Shown piece after piece: positions 1 to 12,144 of a stretch of DNA of 64,000 bases. Origin of the DNA: Octopus vulgaris. Its lineage: Eukaryota. The stretch is from NCBI GenBank assembly GCA_951406725.2, contig OX597842.1, forward strand, positions 16,864,001-16,928,000, given 5' to 3'. Within the stretch, counting starts at the first letter, position 1. Every line of letters starts with the position of its first letter. The notes beneath the pieces are model-generated. The model saw only the letters and a list, made by a program, of their open reading frames with translations, did not search any database and was not told the origin of the DNA. A program made the translations under genes and the position numbers.

Positions 1-48
1 GGAGTTTATTCGTAAATCGTCAGTTTCACAAATTTCCCACCGATGTAT

Positions 49-274
49 ACTCTCTCTTTTACTCTTTTACTTGCTTCAGTCATTTGACTGCGGCCATGCT
101 GGAGCACCGCCTTTAATCGAGCAACTCGACCCCGGGACTTATTCTTTTGTAAGCCCAGTACTTATTCTATCGGTCTCTTTTGCCAAACCGCTAAGTGACG
201 GGGACATAAACACACCAGCATCGGTTGTCAAGCAATGCTAGGGGAACAAACACAGACACACAAACACACACACG

Positions 275-317
<43 letters not shown>

Positions 318-481
318 GACAGGCTTCTTTCAGTTTCCGTCTACCAAATCCACTCACAAGGCATTGGTCGGCCCGGGGCTATAGCAGAAGACACTTGCCC
401 AAGATGCCACGCAGTGGGACTGAACCCGGAACCATGTGGTTGGTTAGCAAGCTGTTTACCACACAGTCACTCCTGCGCCTA
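49..481 (-). mobile_element. tRNA-derived SINE family A (internal (TA)n(TG)n, (GTAAAAGA)n tail); representative of about 25 full or partial copies, e.g. 6715-7133, 9284-9702, 11855-12362, 33262-33955, 35410-35832, 41870-42960, 43196-43822, 45504-47108, 52960-53355, 55790-56170, 58325-59535, 61000-62325
   Basis: Repeated on both strands; Pol III A-box-like TGGCTGTGTGG and B-box-like GGTTCAGTCC; short tandem 3' tail. Confidence 0.85.
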
Positions 482-813
482 TAATTCATATCTCTGATGT
501 ACATTTTCTGAAATTCTGTGTGTCTGTGTGTGTGTGTACGTTTGTTTGCGTCCCCGTAACTTAGTGATTCCGGAAAAGAGCTCCGACAAGGTAAATACCA
601 AACTTTTATTTGTTTTTTTTTCTTCAAAAAAACAAAAGAAGTACCGGGATCAACCTGTTCGACTAAACACTCCAAAGCGGTGTTCCAGCATGGCCGCAGT
701 CCAATAACTGAAATAAGAGATCTATGAAAGATAACGATATATGTAAATCGCATTCTGAAACCGTTATTACCGTTCTGTCTATTTATTCTGTTATTCTATC
801 ATTCTTTACGCAG

Positions 814-890
814 TACTGGTTATAGAATGCAGATATCAATGTGTAGCAGGTGCTGTAAAGGATGGATAGGCACCCCTGGAAAGTGCAAAG
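814..890 (+). CDS. Internal exon of EMI/cbEGF-repeat gene: C-terminal part of an EMI-like cysteine domain (TGYRMQISMCSRCCKGWIGTPGKCK)
   Basis: Acceptor ttctttacgcag and donor gtgagg; 77 nt; open frame with the YR...CCxGW...C motif; ends in phase 1, in frame with the EGF exons. Confidence 0.8.
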
Positions 891-1052
891 GTGAGGTTGC
901 TTTTTGTACAATCCAATTTTCACGTGGGAATGATATCTAGCATTCATTCATAATTCATATCAGTTTTTTAACCAATTTTTACCTGTGGTCCCGTTTGATT
1001 TCTGTTTTACTCAGGTGACCCCCCCCCATAGACATCCGATGTTTAAAAAGCC

Positions 1053-1115
<63 letters not shown>

Positions 1116-1620
1116 GAGTGAGAGAGCAGCGCATACCATAAAAGTGACACTGGGGTAAAATATACGAAGCCCAGTATACCCATCATGACTACCCGTCTGA
1201 TAAGGGTACACCAGGCACATGCATCACAACCATATGTGCGCGACATGGTGATCTCATATCAAGATAAACAGCGCACGACCTTGCAGGTGGGGCCCAGTTA
1301 GAATTTTCTTCAGGTTGAGTAGCCCATCCTGTTCAAAAAGTCCCTGAATAAGGATTGTTTAAGGATGTTGAAAGAACCACCCATGTTTCCAGAGGTAAAT
1401 TATCCAAACCTCCAAGAATCCCTCTCAACACACGGCTATGATGCTCCCCCACTACTTCTGCTCGTGATCAGAGATGCACATATCGTCAGCCACTAAGGGA
1501 CATGCTCAACTGGTTAAGGTCAAACAACTGACAAGAAAATCTGTGGTATTGAGCAGAATATTTGCTGTAAAACCCATCTTTTATACCAAGACAAAACAAT
1601 GTACGTGATGACACTTCCAG
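1053..1620 (-). mobile_element. Probable 3' end of a retroposon ending in a (TAA)n tail
   Basis: GC-balanced non-coding block ending in about 20 TAA repeats on the minus strand; no diagnostic ORF. Confidence 0.4.
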
Positions 1621-1902
1621 TCACCTAATGAAACTGGAGGAAGCAATCAAAGAAAAAACGTCCAGAATTAGCAAATCGTAAAGGAATTGTTCACCACCAC
1701 AGAACGCTAGAGCAGATTCGTGAAAATTACTGGAGCTTGGTTGGGAAGTGATATCACATCCACCATATAGCTCTGACTTTGCACCATCAGATTACCATTT
1801 ATTTCGAAGTTTGCAAAATTCTTTGAATGGTAAAGCAACTTTCAATAATAATGATGACTTAATGACTTGAAGCATATACTTACATACATACAGACACACA
1901 CG

Positions 1903-1942
<40 letters not shown>

Positions 1943-1994
1943 AACACATACACACACATATACGCGCGCGCGCACACACACACATATATGTATG

Positions 1995-2060
<66 letters not shown>

Positions 2061-2393
2061 TGTTTGGAAGCGCAATGGCCCAGTGGTTAGGGCAGCGGAC
2101 TGGCGGTCGTAGGATCGCGATTTCGATTTCCAGACCGGGCGTTGTGAATGTTTATTGAGCGAGAACACCTAAAGCTCCACGAGTTTGCAAAATTCTTTGA
2201 ATGGTAAAACAGCTTTCAATAATAATGATGACTTATTGACTTGAAGCCGCACTTGTTTCAGTGTTTGGCTGATAAGGACCGGAAGTTCTTTGAGCAAGGA
2301 ATCATGAAGTTTCCGGAAAGATTACAAAGGGTCATTTAAAAAAAATGACTTTTATTTCACACTGAAACAACCGAAATTACTTACTTTATTTCA
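1621..2393 (+). mobile_element. Mariner (Tc1/mariner) transposase remnant, interrupted; 3' parts repeated at 6351-6553 and 8921-9122; right TIR at 3763-3790, 4759-4786, 7291-7318
   Basis: Translates to KLLELGWEVISHPPYSSDFAPSDYHLFRSLQNSLNGK and DKDRKFFEQGIMKFPERLQRVI (YSPDLAPSD-type motif); CCGAAATTACTTTCTTGCTAACCCAATA resembles a mariner TIR ending in TA. Confidence 0.85.
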
Positions 2394-2508
2394 TAGAACA
2401 GAATTTAAGTGTTTATTCTTTCTCCGTGGCCCGCTACAATGTGACCCATCGCCATGTACTGACCGTCTGCCTGCTGGCTGCGGTTCTCCCAGCCCTATTT
2501 GTAATAAG

Positions 2509-2891
2509 GTGGAGGCGCAATGGCCCAGTGGTTAGGGCAGCGTACTCGCGGTCATAGGATCGCGGTTTCGATTCCCAGAACGGGCGTTGTGAGTGTTTAT
2601 TGAGCGAAAACACCTGAAGCTCCACGAGGCTCCGGCAGGGGATGGTGGTGATCCCTGCTGTACTCTTTCACCACAACTTTCTCTCACTCTTACTTCCTGT
2701 TTCTGTTGTACCTGTATTTCAAAGGGCCGGCCTTGTCACTCTCTGTGTCACGCTGAAATCCCCGAGAACTACGTTAAGGGTACACTTGTCTGTGGAGTGC
2801 TCAGCCACTTACACGTTAATTTCACGAGCAAGCTGTTCCGTTGATTCGGATCAACCGGAACCCTCGTCGTCGTAACCGACGGAGTGCTTCC
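2509..2891 (+). mobile_element. tRNA-derived SINE family C, full length, with 12-bp TSD ATTTGTAATAAG; other copies 2067-2180, 10955-11258, 12368-12738, 13002-13385, 19830-19996, 23215-23840, 58585-58888
   Basis: A box TGGCCCAGTGG, B box GGTTTCGATTCC; TSD at 2497-2508 and 2892-2903; empty site present in paralogous units (e.g. 4881-4892). Confidence 0.92.
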
Positions 2892-2982
2892 ATTTGTAAT
2901 AAGAGAAGAACACCAGAAATGTTCTCTATAAAACTAATAATGCTATCGAGTACATGTCCCTTATTTTTCTTTCTTCTTTCAG

Positions 2983-3099
2983 ACAACAACGAATGTTTGA
3001 AAAATCCGTGTCCCTCTTTGGCCACCTGTAGCAATACTCCGGGCTCCTACAAGTGTATTTGTAGAAGTGGCTACAAAATGGTCGGTAGAAAATGCGTTG
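2983..3099 (+). CDS. cbEGF exon, duplicate copy 1 (DNNECLKNPCPSLATCSNTPGSYKCICRSGYKMVGRKCV)
   Basis: 117 nt, tttcag/gtaagt splice sites, phase 1-1, 6 Cys, D-x-N-E-C and C-x-N-x-x-G-S-Y-x-C calcium-binding consensus. Confidence 0.92.
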
Positions 3100-3977
3100 G
3101 TAAGTAAAACAGACATCCTCACAAAAAACAAAACAAATTAGAAACTACAAGGAAGCTTTTATACATTTTTGTTATATTTGCCAGGTGTGGTTAAGGCGCT
3201 CGCGTTTAAGTCACGTGCTTTCCAATTCAGTCACACTGTATGTGCGGCTATTTTGGTGAGTGCCCCCTTCTGTAACCCTAGGTCGACCTATGCCTTGTAA
3301 GTGAGTTTGGTCACTGAATACATAAACAAGTGCCTGTCCAACAGTGATTGCATATCTTGCGTCATACATATCATCATCTGGAAAAGACTTTCTAACTAGA
3401 AAGGGTATGGCCTAGTCAGCCTGTAATGACATGCATAAGATCTGGTCATCAAATCTAAGTAGAGACTTCAAACTTGAAATCTTCAAAGCCACAGTTGAAC
3501 CAATTCTACTATATGGCTCAGAAACCTGGACGTTATCAAAGAAGCTTGAGAGGCGGTTGAATAGAACTTACACTCGCCTCCTTATGAAAGCTCAAAATCT
3601 CTCGTGGAAGCGCCATCCAACCAAAATGCAAATATATGGGAAACTTGCCGCCTGAAGACAACCCTGCATCGACAAGTCGGGGGCCACCAAAGAGGAAAGC
3701 AAATTCTTTCTTGTCAAAGGTCGCTGTGTCCTTTGACAAAATTCTTTCAGTAACTGCCTCCGCCGAAATTACTTTCTTGCTAACCCAATAGAAACAGAAT
3801 TTAAGTGTTTATTCTTTCTCCGTGGCCCGCTACAATATGACCCATCGCCAAGTACTGACCGCTGGTTGCGGTTCTCCCAGCCCTGTTTGTAATAGGAGAA
3901 GAACAGACCAGAAATGTTCTCTATAAAACTAATAATGCTATCGAGTACATGTCCCTTATTTGTTTTTCTTCTTTCAG

Positions 3978-4094
3978 ACAACAACGAATGTTTGAAAAAT
4001 CCGTGTCCCTCTTTGGCCACCTGTAGCAATACTCCGGGCTCCTACAAGTGTATTTGTAGAAGTGGCTACAAAATGGTCGGTAGAAAATGCGTTG
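3978..4094 (+). CDS. cbEGF exon, duplicate copy 2 (identical to copy 1)
   Basis: Same 117-nt exon with intact splice sites, 995 bp downstream of copy 1. Confidence 0.85.
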
Positions 4095-4973
4095 GTAAGT
4101 AAAACAGACATCTTCACAAAAAAACAAAACAAATTAGAAACTACAAGGAAGCTTTTATACATTTTTGTTATATTTGCCAGGTGTGGTTAAGGCGCTCGCG
4201 TTTAAGTCACGTGCTTTCCAATTCAGTCACACTGTATGTGCGGCTATTTTGGTGAGTGCCCCCTTCTGTAACCCTAGGTCGACCTATGCCTTGTAAGTGA
4301 TTTTGGTCACTGAATACATAAACAAGTGCCTGTCCAACAGTGATTGCATATCTTGCGTCATACATATCATCATCTGGAAAAGACTTTCTAACTAGAAAGT
4401 GTATGGCCTAGTCAGCCTGTAATGACATGCATAAGATCTGGTCATCAAATCTAAGTAGAGACTTCAAACTTGAAATCTTCAAAGCCACAGTTGAACCAAT
4501 TCTACTATATGGCTCAGAAACCTGGACGTTATCAAAGAAGCTTGAGAGGCGGTTGAATGGAACTTACACTCGCCTCCTTATGAAAGCTCAAAATCTCTCG
4601 TGGAAGCGCCATCCAACCAAAATGCAAATATATGGGAAACTTGCCGCCTGAAGACAACCCTGCATCGACAAGTCGGGGGCCACCAAAGAGGAAAGCAAAT
4701 TCTTTCTTGTCAAAGGTCGCTGTGTCCTTTGACAAAATTCTTTCAGTAACTGCCTCCGCCGGAATTACTTTCTTGCTAACCCAAAAGAAACAGAATTTAA
4801 GTGTTTATTCTTTCTCCGTGGCCCGCTACAATATGACCCATCGCCAAGTACTGACCGCTGGTTGCGGTTCTCCCAGCCCTGTTTGTAATAAGAGAAGAAC
4901 AGACCAGAAATGTTCTCTATAAAACTAATAATGCTATCGAGTACATGTCCCTTATTTGTTTTTCTTCTTTCAG

Positions 4974-5090
4974 ACAACAACGAATGTTTGAAAAATCCGT
5001 GTCCCTCTTTGGCCACCTGTAGCAATACTCCGGGCTCCTACAAGTGTATTTGTAGAAGTGGCTACAAAATGGTCGGTAGAAAATGCGTTG
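4974..5090 (+). CDS. cbEGF exon, duplicate copy 3 (identical to copy 1)
   Basis: Same 117-nt exon with intact splice sites, 996 bp downstream of copy 2. Confidence 0.85.
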
Positions 5091-5303
5091 GTAAGTAAAA
5101 CAGACATCTTCACAAAAAAACAAAACAAATTAGAAACTACAGGAAGCTTTTATACATTTTTGTTATATTTGCCAGGTGTGGTTAAGGCGCTCGCGTTTAA
5201 GTCATGTGCTTTCTAATTCAGTCACACTGTATGTGCGGCTATTTTGGTGAGTGCCCCCTTCTGTAACCCTGGGTCGACCTATGCCTTTTAAGTGAGTTTG
5301 GTC

Positions 5304-5957
5304 ACTGAATACATAAACAAGTGCCTGTCCAACAGTGATTGCATCATCCATACCCTCAACAATGCACCCTTAAATATGGTTTCTGATTACAAATATCTTG
5401 GGTCATACATATCATCATCTGGAAAATACTTTCTAACTAGAAAGGGTATGGCCTGGTCAGCCTGTAATGACATGCATAAGATCTGGTCATCAAATCTAAG
5501 TAGAGACTTCAAACTTGAAATCTTCAAAGCCACAGTCGAACCAATTCTACTATACGGCTCAGAAACCTGGACGTTATCAAAGAAGCTTGAGAGGCGGTTG
5601 GATGGAACCTACACTCACCTCTTTATCAGAGCTCAAAATCTCTCGTGGAAGCGCCATCCAACCAAAATGCAAATATATGGGAAACTACCACCTGTGTCAT
5701 CTCTTTGAAAAGGTAGGAGAGTCCAGTTTGTTGGACATTGTTATAGAGCTGAAAAAGAGGTAATTTCTACTCTTCTCCTCTGGAAGCCATCTACTCACAA
5801 TACCAGAGGGTGCACACTCTCCTACCCAGATGTAATCTCCAGGGATACAGGCATCCAGCAACAGGACCTCCGTAATGCCATGATGGACCGTGAAGTCTGG
5901 CGTAGCATGGTAAATTCCATTGTCTCGACCATGGTCGAACAATGATGATGATGATGA
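5304..5957 (+). mobile_element. 5'-truncated RTE-clade LINE 3' end with (TGA)n tail and 11-bp TSD TGAGTTTGGTC; paralogous copies 3313-3645, 4309-4641, 7836-8600
   Basis: YKYLGS...KLEIFKATVEPILLYGSETWTL...RVQFxGH motifs of the RT C-terminus; TSD at 5293-5303 and 5958-5968. Confidence 0.88.
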
Positions 5958-6052
5958 TGAGTTTGGTCGACAGAAACCGTGTGAAAACTCGTTATATATG
6001 CATATACATACATACATACAGACACACACGCACATACACATATATATATATA

Positions 6053-6095
<43 letters not shown>

Positions 6096-6148
6096 ACATA
6101 CACACACATATATACGCGCACGCGCACACACACACACATATATGTATG

Positions 6149-6224
<76 letters not shown>

Positions 6225-6553
6225 CGTGTGTGTTTGGAAGTGCAATGGCCCAGTGGGTAGGGCAGCGGACTGGCGGTCGTAGGATCGCGATTTCGATTTC
6301 CAGACCGGGCGTTGTGAATGTTTATTGAGCGAGAACACCTAAAGCTCCACGAGTTTGCAAAATTCTTTGAATGGTAAAACAGCTTTCAATAATAATGATG
6401 ACTTATTGACTTGAAGCCGCACTTGTTTCAGTGTTTGGCTGATAAGGACCGGAAGTCCTTTGAGCACGGAATCATGAAGTTTCCGGAAAGACTACAAAGG
6501 GTCATTTAAAAAAAATGACTTTTATTTCACACTGAAAAACCGAAATTACTTTC

Positions 6554-7290
6554 TTTATTTCATATAATTTGCCACAAGGGCGGCACACAGATAGAAGCTT
6601 GTGGGCTGGACATGGACAAGATGAGATGAAATGGAACGAAATGATACGGATGAGAGGGATGTCGGCGCCCACCGACCGAAAAAACCCTCGAATGCAAAGT
6701 TTCTTTACAACTATACTCTTTACTCTTTATACTCTTTTACTTGTTTCAGTCATTTGACTGCGGCCATGCTGGAGCACCGCCTTTAGTCGAGCAAGTCGAC
6801 CCCGGGACTTATTCTTTTGTAAGCCCAGTACTTATTCTATCGGTCTCTTTTGCCGAACCACTAAGTGACGGGGACGTAAACATACCAGCATCGGTTGTCA
6901 AGCAATGCTAGGGGGACAAACACAGACACACAAACACACACACACACACACATATATATACATATATACGACAGGCTTCTTTCAGTTTCCCTCTACCAAA
7001 TCCACTCACAAGGCTTTGGTCGGCCCGGGGCTATAGCAGAAGACACTTGCCCAAGATGCCACGCAGTGGGACTGAACCCGGAACCATGTGGTTGGTGAGC
7101 AAGCTACTTACCACACAGCCACTCCTGCGCCTATATAAAATTCTCTTTGTCAGGTCCCCTAAGCTAAGTGACTTGCCGCCTGAAGACAACTCTGCATCGA
7201 CAAGTCGGGGGCCACCAAAGAGGAAAGCAAATTCTTTCTTGTCAAAGGTCGCTGTGTCCTTTGACAAAATTCTTTCAGTAACTGCCTCCG
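6554..7290 (-). mobile_element. Minus-strand retro-insertion (probable LINE 3' fragment) in the mariner TIR, itself interrupted by SINE A
   Basis: 14-bp direct repeat CCGAAATTACTTTC at 6540-6553 and 7291-7304; A-rich 3' end on the minus strand. Confidence 0.55.
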
Positions 7291-7505
7291 CCGAAATTAC
7301 TTTCATGCAAACCCAATAGAGACAGAATTTAAGTGTTTATTCTTTCTCCGTGGCCCGCTACAATATGACCCATCGCCAAGTACTGACCGCTGGTTGCGGT
7401 TCTCCCAACCCTGTTTGTAATAAGAGAAGAACAGACCAGAAATGTTCTCTATAAAACTAATAATGCTATCGAGTACATGTCCCTTATTTTTCTTTCTTCT
7501 TTCAG

Positions 7506-7622
7506 ACAACAACGAATGCTTGAAAAATCCGTGTCCCTCTTTGGCCACCTGTAGCAATACTCCGGGCTCCTACAAGTGTATTTGTAGAAGTGGCTACAAA
7601 ATGGTCGGTAGAAAATGCGTTG
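7506..7622 (+). CDS. cbEGF exon, duplicate copy 4 (one synonymous change, TGT>TGC)
   Basis: Same exon with intact splice sites, 2532 bp downstream of copy 3. Confidence 0.87.
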
Positions 7623-8771
7623 GTAAGTAAAACAGACATCCTCACAAAAAACAAAACAAATTAGAAACTACAAGGAAGCTTTTATACATTTTTATTATAT
7701 TTGCCAGGTGTGGTTAAGGCGCTCGCGTTTAAGTCACGTGCTTTCCGATTCAGTCACACTGTATGTGCGGCTATTTTGGTGAGTGCCCCCTTCTGTAACC
7801 CTGGATGGACCTGTGCCTTTTAAGTGAGTTTGGTCACTGAATACATAAACAAGTGCCTGTCCAACAGTGATTGCATCATCCATACCCTCAACAATGCACC
7901 CTTAAATATGGTTTCTGATTACAAATATCTTGGGTCATACTAGAAAGGGTATGGCCTGGTCAGCCTGTAATGACATGCATAAGATCTGGTCATCAAATCT
8001 AAGTAGAGACTTCAAACTTGAAATCTTCAAAGCCACAGTCGAACCATTTCTACTATATGGCTCAGAAACCTGGACGTTATCAAAGAAGCTTGAGAGGCGG
8101 TTGGATGGAACCTACACTCGCCTCCTTATGAGAGCTCAAAATCTCTCGTGGAAGCGTCATCCAACCAAAATGCCAACATATGGGAAACTACCACCTGTAT
8201 CATGTCTTGTGAAAGGTAGAAGAGTCCAGTTTGCTGGACATTGTTGTAGAGCTGAAAAAGAGGTAATTTCTCCTCTTCTCCTCTGGAAGCCATTTGCTCG
8301 CGATACCAAAGGGCGCACACTCTCCTACCCTGATGTAATCTCCAGGGATACAGGCATCCAGCAATAGAACCTCCGTGATGCCATGATGGACCGTGAAGTC
8401 TGGCGTAGCATGGTAAATTCCATTGTCTCGACCATGGTCGCGATACAAGAGGGTGCACACTCTCCTACCCAGAGGTAATCTCCAGGGATACAGGCATCCA
8501 GCAACAGGACCTCCGTGATGCCATGATGGACCGTGAAGTCTGGCGTAACATAGTAAATTCCATTGTCTCGACCACGGTCGAACAATGATGATGATGATGA
8601 TGAGTTTGGTCGACAGAAACTGTGTGAAAACTCGTTGTATATGCATATACTTACATACATACAGACACACACGGACACACACACATATATATATATATAT
8701 AAACACATACACACACATATACGCGCGCGCGCACACACACACACACACATATATGTATGTATATATATATT

Positions 8772-8805
<34 letters not shown>

Positions 8806-9877
8806 GAAGCGCAATGGCCCAGTGGTTAGGGCAGCGGACTGGCGGTCGTAGGATCGCGATTTCGATTTCCAGACCGGGCGTTGTGAATGTTTATTGAGCG
8901 AGAACACCTAAAGCTCCACGAGTTTGCAAAATTCTTTGAATGGTAAAACAGCTTTCAATAATAATGATGACTTATTGACTTGAAGCCGCATTTGTTTCAG
9001 TGTTTGGCTGATAAGGACCGGAAGTCCTTTGAGCACGGAATCATGAAGTTTCCGGAAAGATTACAAAGGGTCATTTAAAAAAAATGACTTTTATTTCACA
9101 CTGAAAAACCGAAATTACTTTCTTTATTTCATATAATTTGCCACAAGGGCGGCACACAGATAGAAGCTTGTGGGCTGGACATGGACAAGATGAGATGAAA
9201 TGGAACGAAATGATACGGATGAGAGGGATGTCGGCGCCCACCGACCGAAAAAACCCTCGAATGCAAAGTTTCTTTACAACTATACTCTTTACTCTTTATA
9301 CTCTTTTACTTGTTTCAGTCATTTGACTGCGGCCATGCTGGAGCACCGCCTTTAGTCGAGCAAATCGACCCCGGGACTTATTCTTTTGTAAGCCCAGTAC
9401 TTATTCTATCGGTCTCTTTTGCCGAACCACTAAGTGACGGGGACGTAAACATACCAGCATCGGTTGTCAAGCAATGCTAGGGGGACAAACACAGACACAC
9501 AAACACACACACACACACACATATATATACATATATACGACAGGCTTCTTTCAGTTTCCCTCTACCAAATCCACTCACAAGGCTTTGGTCGGCCCGGGGC
9601 TATAGTAGAAGACACTTGCCCAAGATGCCACGCAGTGGGACTGAACCCGGAACCATGTGGTTGGTGAGCAAGCTACTTACCACACAGCCACTCCTGCGCC
9701 TATATAAAATTCTCTTTGTCAGGTCCCCTAAGCTAAGTGACTTGCCGCCTGAAGACAACTCTGCATCGACAAGTCGGGGGTCAACCTATGCCCTGTGAGT
9801 GAATTTAGTCGACAGAGACTCGTTATATATGCATATACATACATACACACTCACACATACATATATAGATATGTGTA

Positions 9878-9925
<48 letters not shown>

Positions 9926-9928
<3 letters not shown>

Positions 9929-10190
9929 GAAATGAAGAAAATGCTGACAAAATAATTTAAGTAATTTAAGTAATTTAATTAGGCGAGAGTTCTTTTTACC
10001 GGTTACGCATTTGTTATGCTTATCAAAAGATATTTTTTTAAGAGAGATCAATCAGAAAGGAACTCTATCTCTCTTAAAAAAATATGTTTTGATAAGCATA
10101 ACAAATGCGTAACCGGTAAAAAGAACTCTCACCTAATTAAATTACTTAAATTACTTAAATTATTTTGTCAGCATTTTCTTCATTTCCCTT
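9926..10190. repeat. Fold-back element, ~123-bp inverted arms with 18-bp spacer, between (TA)n tracts; single-arm copy at 10745-10940
   Basis: 9926-10048 is the near-perfect reverse complement of 10067-10190. Confidence 0.9.
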
Positions 10191-10228
10191 TTTTATATAT
10201 CACAACTCGTGTTCCACATCTCCATTTT

Positions 10229-10280
<52 letters not shown>

Positions 10281-10697
10281 ACAATAAGGGTCTTTGCAAC
10301 AAGTTGCTTGACCAAATACCGAAAATTTTTAAAATAGCAGCTAGAGGACTGCTTTTTCCTTTTACTACAAAAAAATATATCTCCACAGTCAACAATATTT
10401 GTAACTCATATATGGCAAAAAAAAGAAGAAAAATAGCGAAATCAAACAGTCCACGGTCAATTATGGACGTCCGTTTCTGGATTAGAATTAAAGATTCATT
10501 TCTTTTATCGACATAATATTTCGGTAAATAAATCTAGAAATGCTAGGAAATCTTACCCTCCATATTTCCGACCAGGCGACATCGGGGCATACAGAAGCTA
10601 ATCAGCATATCCATATTTATATAGACAAGTGAATTCGTATCTCCCTCCAGAACTTTTACCACGTGAGTCACAAAATAATACTGCCGAAAAAAAATTC

Positions 10698-10745
<48 letters not shown>

Positions 10746-12019
10746 TAAGAGGAAAAAATCTATCAGAAAGGAAATCTATCTCTCTTAAAAAAATTTTGAT
10801 AAGCATAACAAATGCGCAACCGGTAAAAAGAACTTTCACCTAATTAAATTACTTAAATTACTTAAATTATTTTGTCAGCATTTTCTTCATTTCCTTTTTT
10901 ATATATTACAACTCGTGTTCCACATCTCCTTTTTTAAACATATATATATATATTTATCACCGTGACCGACCAGGCTATCGGATGTTGCTACACATCGCTG
11001 GTCACAATGCGCTTCGCATTGTTTTAGCCTTCAAATGAAGCCACCCCGCTGGCTAAGCGAGCAGGCCAACAGAAGAAAGAGTGAGAGAAAGGTGCGGCGA
11101 AAGAGTACAGCAGGGTACGCCACCACCCCCTGCCGGAGCCTCGTGGAGCTTTAGGTGTTTTCGCTCAATAAACACTCACAACGCCCGGTCTGGGAATCGA
11201 AACCGCGATCCTCCGACCGCGAGTCCGCTGCCCTAACCACTAGGCTATTGCGCCTCCACACACACGCACAAACTAAAAGACTACTAAAGACTACTGGAAC
11301 ACTGGAATCGATGTAATCAACTTACCCCTCCCTCGAAATTGCTGGCCTTGTGCCAAAATTTCGAAATTAATATTTCGTTGGATTATCGACAAAATAATCC
11401 CATCTATTCAGCAAACTTTTGATCCAATAGGCATTAAATTATTCAGATTTGGAAGCAAAGTAACGCAATATCCTTTTTAACCCCTTGACAATAAACGATT
11501 GCCCCCTAAATAGTGCTTCTTGTATGAAACTGTCCTGTGCAGCAAAAAAGGTTGGGGGCCGCTTATGCAGGGAACATTTCTGCAACGTCTCCCTTTTATT
11601 AGGCTGGAATGAAAACCCTCTTGTATATCAAGATGGGGAAAGAAACAAATACTTCTTTGGTCTAAATCGATGTATTTATTCAAGATAATATTTCCCTTCG
11701 TTCGAATATGATTTATTCCTTCTCTGCGGCCCCTGTGGCCCGTTACCAAATGAACCACGATTGGGTGATTGGGGTGCTTGTCACCTGTTCAATTTGTAAT
11801 TAAGGAAGGAACGGACGGACCTGAAATGTCGTCTCTGTAAAACTAATAATTTTACGCGTAGGATCGGCTGTGTGGTAAGTAGCTTGCTTACCAATCACAT
11901 GGTTCGGGTTCAGTCCCACTGCGTGACACCTTGGGTAGGTGTCTTCTACTATAGCCACAGGCCGACCAAAGCTTTGTGAGTGGATTTGGTAGACGGAAAC
12001 TGAAAGAAGCCATCGTATG

Positions 12020-12144
<125 letters not shown>

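Larger units (their letters stand above)
1870..9850 (+). repeat. Intragenic tandem duplication array (short ~995-bp units and long ~2.5-kb units)
   Basis: Repeated blocks of exon + SINE + RTE fragment + mariner fragment at very high identity. Confidence 0.9.

Noticed and set aside
2509-2590. tRNA-like sequence with A and B boxes
   Set aside because: Head of a SINE that continues into body and tail with a TSD; not a tRNA gene
7141-7290. Possible cryptic exon after ttctctttgtcag
   Set aside because: No convincing donor; the acceptor is lost in the short units and the segment lies within a TSD-bounded insertion
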